DNA of 11,191 nt, filler included, from an uncultured bacterium (GTDB taxonomy: Bacteria; CAYJOG01): NCBI GenBank assembly GCA_964371695.1. It is 7 parts of 7 records of this genome, joined end to end, with 100 filler letters (N's around TTAATTAATTAA, not from the genome) between each part and the next. Parts side by side here need not be neighbours in the genome. Positions count along the whole stretch, not along the records: positions 6,478 to 7,990 come from CAYJOG010000670.1; positions 8,091 to 9,591 come from CAYJOG010000671.1; positions 9,692 to 11,191 come from CAYJOG010000672.1; 4 more parts are not named here. One strand, given 5' to 3'. The position numbers were made by a program, and so were the translations under genes. Below the pieces are notes generated by a model that saw only the letters and a list, made by a program, of their open reading frames with translations, had not been told where the DNA came from and ran no database searches. Position 1 is the first letter of the stretch; each line of letters begins with the position of its first letter. Below, one piece after another: positions 6,518 to 11,191 of this stretch.

Positions 6518-7804
6518 TCACTGCCCCAGCCACACCGTTTCACCCGCTGGCACGATCGCCTGACCCACTTTCGCAGGCGGCAAAAACACCGGGCGAAAAT
6601 TCTCATCCAGCAGCAGGGCGCGGCGGATGATTCCCGTCACAGCAACTTTGGAAACATTCACCACACCCAGAGCGGCGATGTCCTCGCGATTCACCCCCAT
6701 GGGCAGCTTGATGACCTTGCGCATCACACCGCCGCAGCCCGAGGCCAGTTGGCTGGCGTTCACCCACAGGCCGCTCACGTTCAGGCTTTTGTAAACCTTG
6801 CCGTCCGCCAGCCGGGCCACGGCCCCCACCTTGCCGCCGGGCGGGCCTTCGCAGCCCAGGTCCAGATACAGATAACCCAGCGGATGCCCCAGCACGGCCT
6901 TGGCGGTGTCGTGGGGCAACAGGGTTTTGGGTTTGCCGCTGCTGTCTTTTTCGCGCAGGGCTTCTTCGGTCATCAGGCGGGTGATCCAGGGGTGGATGTC
7001 CAGAAGGCGTTCAAGGGGGCCTTCCGGCGCAGCTACCGGCGGCAGGCTCAGACGCAGGAGCATCGAGGGTGACAGGGGGCAGAACATGCCGTTGTCGGTG
7101 CAGACCGAGAGCGTGGGGCGCTCACCGGCTTTGACTTCTGCGGGGCGCGTGCTGTGATTCGACCCCTGAAAATACCAGCCACCACCCTGCTGCCACAGCG
7201 CCCTTTCGGTGTCCACCATGCGGCCATACATGCCCATCAAGAGGCCGGGGAAACGGCCCGTGCCACCGTCTTCGTTTGTGAAGATGACTTCATAAGAAAG
7301 CTCCGCGCCGTGATTGCGCCAAGCCAGCAGCACCGGCAGATCGCTCTGTGTGCGCCAGTTTTCGATTTGCAGAAACGGCGCAGACAGGGCGGCCTTTTCA
7401 TCGGGCGAACCCGCCGCGAGTAACTGGTGGGCGAGTGAAGAAACCACCACGCCCCCCTGGTTGCGGCTCAGATTTTTGTCTATCTGCAACACCACGCGGT
7501 GGGGCCCTTTGGCCAGTTGGCCCAGCAGCACACGCTGGGGCATGGGCCGGGTGTGGGTCACCACCACCTGAGAAAACGGCCGTCCGTCCAGCGTCACCAA
7601 CAACACGGCGCTCTCCTGCCCCGCCGTGCCCCAGCCGCCATTTTGCAGCGCCGCGTCAAACCCCAGCACCACCACCTGTTGTGTCTTCAGATCAAAATGG
7701 TGAATGACGGTTTGCGCTGGCAACACCAGCGATTTTGCGGTGGCCCCGTGCGCCAATCCGGTCAATGCAAAGCACAGCCCCGCCACCGCGCGCAAAAGAA
7801 GCAA
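6518..7804 (-). CDS. hypothetical secreted protein (428 aa), start uncertain
   Basis: Longest ORF on the contig, with natural composition. Hydrophobic N-terminus ends in AHG/ATA like a signal peptide. TTG start without a clear SD, and the frame stays open upstream to the contig end. Confidence 0.75.
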   Translation of the reverse strand: MLLLRAVAGLCFALTGLAHGATAKSLVLPAQTVIHHFDLKTQQVVVLGFDAALQNGGWGTAGQESAVLLVTLDGRPFSQVVVTHTRPMPQRVLLGQLAKGPHRVVLQIDKNLSRNQGGVVVSSLAHQLLAAGSPDEKAALSAPFLQIENWRTQSDLPVLLAWRNHGAELSYEVIFTNEDGGTGRFPGLLMGMYGRMVDTERALWQQGGGWYFQGSNHSTRPAEVKAGERPTLSVCTDNGMFCPLSPSMLLRLSLPPVAAPEGPLERLLDIHPWITRLMTEEALREKDSSGKPKTLLPHDTAKAVLGHPLGYLYLDLGCEGPPGGKVGAVARLADGKVYKSLNVSGLWVNASQLASGCGGVMRKVIKLPMGVNREDIAALGVVNVSKVAVTGIIRRALLLDENFRPVFLPPAKVGQAIVPAGETVWLGQ

Positions 7805-7827
7805 CGCCGTCCCACAGACTCGCCCCA

Positions 7828-7853
7828 GTAGCCACGGGCATCCCGCCTGTGGC
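7828..7853 (+). repeat. GTAG-type REP-like palindrome
   Basis: GTAGCCACGGGC-ATCCC-GCCTGTGGC: 9-bp stem with one G-T pair and a GTAG foot. Resembles 32-53 on the minus strand. Confidence 0.6.
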
Positions 7854-7888
7854 AGAAAAATAAAGGTTAGAAATCCTTTTGAATAAAA

Positions 7889-7921
7889 CCCCTCACCCGG
7901 CCTTCGGCCATCCTCTCCCCC
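7889..7921 (+). repeat. truncated CCCCTCACCC..CCTCTCCC palindromic repeat
   Basis: CCCCTCACCCGGCCTTCGGCCATCCTCTCCCCC with an internal GGCC-TTC-GGCC hairpin. Shares CCTCTCCC with the repeat at 1476-1508 but lacks the GGGAGAGG partner arm. Confidence 0.55.
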
Positions 7922-7987
7922 TAAGAGCCTGTTTATAAACTCCGTCGTGGACTTTATAAACTTACCGCCAGCGGAGGCAAAGCCTCC
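7921..7987. repeat. hairpin cluster, possible MITE/IS end
   Basis: CTAA-GAGCCT followed by GTTTATAAACTCC-GTCGT-GGACTTTATAAAC (7931-7961, 12/13 inverted match) and GGAGGC-AAA-GCCTCC (7973-7987) at the contig end. Confidence 0.4.
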
Positions 7988-7990
7988 TTG

Positions 7991-8090
7991 NNNNNNNNNN
8001 NNNNNNNNNNNNNNNNNNNNNNNNNNNNNNNNNNTTAATTAATTAANNNNNNNNNNNNNNNNNNNNNNNNNNNNNNNNNNNNNNNNNNNN
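7991..8090. other. artificial contig spacer
   Basis: 44 N + TTAATTAATTAA (8035-8046) + 44 N. Confidence 0.99.
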
Positions 8091-8092
8091 CC

Positions 8093-9591
8093 TCTTGCAA
8101 GACCGTGCTGGCCAACGAGCAGGTGGTCAACGGCGGCTGCGAGCGCTGCGGCACGGAGGTCGTGCAGCGCGACCTCGAGCAGTGGTTCCTGCGCATCACC
8201 GCGTACGCCGACCGCCTCCTCGACGGGCTCGACGCACTGGACTGGCCCGAAAAGGTCAAGACCATGCAGCGCAACTGGATTGGCAAAAGCCACGGCGCGC
8301 GGGTGCGGTTCCGGGCGCTGGCCCCCGGCGGCGACGAGCACGACCTGGACATTTTCACCACCCGCGCCGACACGCTTTTTGGCGCGACCTATATGGTGCT
8401 GGCCCCCGAACACCCCCTGGTGGAAACCCTCACCACACCGGAGCAGAAAGACGCCGTGAGCGCCTACCGGGCCGCAGCGGCGGCGCGCTCCGAGGCCGAC
8501 CGCATGGCCGAAGAAAAAGAAAAAACCGGCGTGGCCCTGGGCACGTTCGCGGTCAATCCGGTGAACCAGGAAAAGATTCCGCTATTCATCGCAGACTATG
8601 TGCTGATGGGTTATGGCACCGGGGCCATCATGGCCGTGCCCGCCCACGACCAGCGCGATTACGCCTTTGCCAAAACCCACGGCCTGCCCATCCGTTACGT
8701 CATCAGCCCCGAAAACGCCCAGGCTCCGCCAGAGGGGTGTTACGAAGGCGAAGGTCTGTTGATCAACAGCGAGAGTTATAACGGCATGGCCCACAAAGAC
8801 GCCGCCCTTCGCATTACCGAAGACCTGAGCCGCGACAGCCTGGGTGAACTGACGGTGCAATACCGCCTGCGGGACTGGCTCTTCAGCCGCCAGCGTTATT
8901 GGGGCGAGCCGATTCCCATCATCATTTGCCCGGACTGCGGCGAGGTGGGTGTGCCCGAAGACCAGTTGCCCGTGCGCCTGCCCGACGTGGAAAGTTATCA
9001 GCCCACCCACACCGGCGAGTCACCACTCGCCAACATTCACGACTGGGTGAACGTGCCGTGCCCCAAATGCGGCGCTGCGGCCAAACGCGAAACCAACACC
9101 ATGCCCACCTGGGCCGGCTCCAGTTGGTATTACCTGCGTTATTGCGATCCCCACAACGCCGCCGTCCTGGCAGACCCCGGCAAACTCAAACACTGGATGC
9201 CCGTGGACCTTTACGTGGGCGGCGTGGAGCACGCCATTCTGCACCTGCTCTATGCCCGGTTTTACACCAAGTTCCTGTTTGACATGGGCGTGGTGGATTT
9301 TGAAGAACCGTTCAAAAAACTTTTCAACCAGGGCATGATCACGCGCAAGAACGAAGCCACGGGTGAGCTGTTGAAAATGAGCAAGTCCAAGGGCAACGTG
9401 GTGAACCCCGACGAACTGGTGGAGAAATATGGCGCGGACACCATTCGCCTGTACGAACTTTTCATTGGCCCGCCCGAAGCCGAAAGCGAGTGGAGCGACG
9501 CGGGCGTGGAAGGGGTTTTCCGGTTTCTGAAACGGGCCAACACCTGGGCGGCGGACGTGGCCCCGCGGCCCGCTGGCGAGGAGCCCCAGGG
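8093..9591 (+). CDS. leuS: leucine--tRNA ligase, internal fragment truncated at both ends
   Basis: [17 protein letters not shown], editing-domain [10 protein letters not shown] and [54 protein letters not shown] (9374-9388). Confidence 0.98.
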
Positions 9592-9691
9592 NNNNNNNNN
9601 NNNNNNNNNNNNNNNNNNNNNNNNNNNNNNNNNNNTTAATTAATTAANNNNNNNNNNNNNNNNNNNNNNNNNNNNNNNNNNNNNNNNNNNN
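9592..9691. other. artificial contig spacer
   Basis: 44 N + TTAATTAATTAA (9636-9647) + 44 N. Confidence 0.99.
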
Positions 9692-9784
9692 CCCAACCCC
9701 TGGCCCCGTGTGTGGCGCTGGGTGGCAGGGTTGCTGCTGCTGGCGTTTCTCTCGGCGGTGGCAGCTTGGCGGGTGCAGTGGTGA
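9692..9784 (+). CDS. 3' end of a gene encoding a C-terminal transmembrane helix (not in the ORF track)
   Basis: Open from the contig edge: PNPWPRVWRWVAGLLLLAFLSAVAAWRVQW-stop. Trp/Arg-flanked hydrophobic run. Its TGA (9782-9784) abuts the convergent response regulator stop (9785-9787). Confidence 0.55.
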   Translation, partial: PNPWPRVWRWVAGLLLLAFLSAVAAWRVQW

Positions 9785-10153
9785 TCACATCGCCATCAGC
9801 CGCTCCACCGTGGCCACCAGGGCGCTGAGAGAAAACGGTTTGGGAATCATGTCATGCACCGGCAGGGGAGACTCGCGCCGCAGGGCTTCGCCTTCTTCAC
9901 GCGCGCCACAAAAGAGCAGGATTTTCGGATGCGGCGGGTGGCCGTTGTGGTGCAGATTTTGCAGCACCTCCTGGCCGTGCATGGCGGGCATGCGCACGTC
10001 CAGAATCAACAGGTCCACCGGCTGACTGGCCATGAGGGCCAGGGCGGCGTGGGGGTCCTGAAAGGTGTGAATGTCGTGATGAAGATGAGCCAAGGCCTCC
10101 TGCATCAGGTCCAAGGCTTCGGGCAGATCATCCAGCACGACAATACAACCCAT
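9785..10153 (-). CDS. single-domain response regulator (CheY-like receiver), 122 aa
   Basis: IVVLDD acidic pair, DLLILDVRMP phosphoacceptor, G.EVL, KPFS..L...V. No output domain. Confidence 0.9.
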   Translation of the reverse strand: MGCIVVLDDLPEALDLMQEALAHLHHDIHTFQDPHAALALMASQPVDLLILDVRMPAMHGQEVLQNLHHNGHPPHPKILLFCGAREEGEALRRESPLPVHDMIPKPFSLSALVATVERLMAM

Positions 10154-10163
10154 AAGGACAGTC

Positions 10164-10169
10164 AGTTTA
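10164..10169 (-). promoter_or_regulatory. -10 element (TAAACT) for the response regulator
   Basis: TAAACT keeps the conserved TAnnnT positions. It lies 21 nt from the CRP-type core and 10 nt before the ATG. Confidence 0.6.
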
Positions 10170-10190
10170 CGGTCAACTATTCACTCAATC

Positions 10191-10206
10191 TGTGACGCCG
10201 CTCACA
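10191..10206. promoter_or_regulatory. CRP-family binding site
   Basis: TGTGA-CGCCGC-TCACA is a perfect TGTGA-N6-TCACA core in the 120-nt intergenic region. Confidence 0.75.
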
Positions 10207-10249
10207 ACCTGAATAAATTATTAGTTCATTTTGCAAAAGTTTGCGCTCC

Positions 10250-10275
10250 AGCAGGGTGTTGATAAACACCCTGCT
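10250..10275 (-). terminator. perfect hairpin at the 3' end of the cysteine desulfurase gene (terminator-like or MITE remnant)
   Basis: AGCAGGGTGTT-GATA-AACACCCTGCT, an 11-bp perfect stem overlapping the stop codon. No adjacent U-tract. Confidence 0.5.
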
Positions 10276-11191
10276 AACGCAGCGCCGCCACGGCGCGGCC
10301 AAAGGCGGCGGCGGCCAGTTCGATGTCCTCCCCGGTGGTGTCCGGCCCCAGGCTGAAACGCACGGCGCTTCTGGCCTGTTCCTCGGTCTGTCCCATGCCC
10401 ATCAGCACGTGGCTGGGCACAAGGCTGCCGCTGGTGCAGGCGCTGCCCGCGCTCACCGCCACGCCCAGCAGGTCCATCTGAATCACCACGCCCTCACCGC
10501 TCACGCCATCCAGCCCCACGTTGAGGCAGCCAGGGGCGCGCAGGGGGCTGCCGGGCGGGGGGCCGTTCAGCCGCAGGCCAGGGGCTGCTTTGTTGAGCAA
10601 AGGCCAGAGCTGGTCGCGATGGGTTTTGAGTCGCTGCCGTTTTGTGGCGGCGTCCTGCCATGTGATTTCCAGCGCCAGCACGGCGGCGGCGATGGCGGGT
10701 GCATTTTCGGTGCCCGCCCGTTTGCCCCATTCCTGTCCACCGCCGTGAATCAGCGGCTCAATGAGGTTGGCGGAGCGCACCAGCAACAGGCCCACCCCCC
10801 TGGGGCCGCCAAACTTGTGAGCGCTGAGGCTCACCATGTCCACCGGCAGGTCGGCCAGTGCGCCCAGGTCCACCGCGCCGGGGGCCTGCACGGCGTCCAC
10901 ATGCAGGGGCACGCCCGCCTCACGGGCCACGTCGGCCACCTGCGCCAGCGGCTGTATCACGCCGGTTTCCTGATTCACCCATTGCAGGCTCAACAGGGCG
11001 GGTTTCGGGTTGTGCAGCGCCTTTTCCAGCACGCCCAGGTCCAGTTGGCCCTCGCCGTCCACCGGCAAAAGCGTGAGGGGATGACCCATGACCTCGTTCA
11101 GCCAACGGGCGGTTTGTTGCACCGAGGCGTGTTCCACGGCGCTGGTGATGAGACCGCCGCCGGGACGGTGCAATAGCGCGCCCTTCAGCGC
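10274..11191 (-). CDS. iscS: cysteine desulfurase, group I (IscS/NifS type), 5'-truncated
   Basis: ITSAVEHASV, VNQETGVIQP, HVDAVQA, PLP-lysine SAHKFGGP, GGGQE...RAGTEN, catalytic SAGSACTS, PSHVL, VRFSLG. The frame is open to the window end (ALKGALLHR...). Confidence 0.95.
   Translation of the reverse strand, partial: ALKGALLHRPGGGLITSAVEHASVQQTARWLNEVMGHPLTLLPVDGEGQLDLGVLEKALHNPKPALLSLQWVNQETGVIQPLAQVADVAREAGVPLHVDAVQAPGAVDLGALADLPVDMVSLSAHKFGGPRGVGLLLVRSANLIEPLIHGGGQEWGKRAGTENAPAIAAAVLALEITWQDAATKRQRLKTHRDQLWPLLNKAAPGLRLNGPPPGSPLRAPGCLNVGLDGVSGEGVVIQMDLLGVAVSAGSACTSGSLVPSHVLMGMGQTEEQARSAVRFSLGPDTTGEDIELAAAAFGRAVAALR

Noticed and set aside
3243..7804. A cell-envelope cluster of glycosidase, csaB, tagA and the secreted protein
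   Set aside because: The genes lie on three separate contigs ordered by length. Only csaB-tagA is a real adjacency.
8095..9282. Arg-rich alternate-frame ORFs within leuS
   Set aside because: Typical off-frame translations of GC3-rich codons.
1522..9691. Regularly spaced TTAATTAATTAA repeats as a CRISPR array or biological repeat
   Set aside because: Each is embedded in 44+44 N and is a six-frame stop linker added during concatenation.
10241..11176. 311-aa plus-strand ORF
   Set aside because: Antisense shadow of the cysteine desulfurase gene.
9785..11191. Desulfurase plus regulator as a DNA phosphorothioation (dnd) or other defence module
   Set aside because: No dnd/ssp partner genes are visible, the enzyme looks like an ordinary IscS/NifS, and a hairpin and separate promoter lie between the two genes.

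Overview
This window is not one locus. It is seven short, GC-rich bacterial contigs (1-1521, 1622-3141, 3242-4760, 4861-6377, 6478-7990, 8091-9591, 9692-11191) joined by artificial 100-nt spacers (44 N + TTAATTAATTAA + 44 N). Contig lengths fall steadily from 1521 to 1500 bp, as expected at the tail of a length-sorted draft or metagenome bin, so adjacency across spacers means nothing. Contents: a complete four-domain ribosomal protein S1 gene with promoter and structured leader; secF (partial) followed by yjbQ; a partial phosphodiester glycosidase (NAGPA-like) gene with an acidic insert; a coupled csaB-tagA/wecB pair (both partial); an uncharacterised 428-aa secreted protein; an internal leuS fragment; and a single-domain response regulator next to a partial IscS/NifS cysteine desulfurase. 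I found no clearly new multi-gene system. The best leads are a perfect CRP-type site in exact class II promoter geometry upstream of a His-rich, non-canonical receiver protein, the unknown secreted protein, the atypical S1 domain composition, and several REP/MITE-like palindromes near contig ends.
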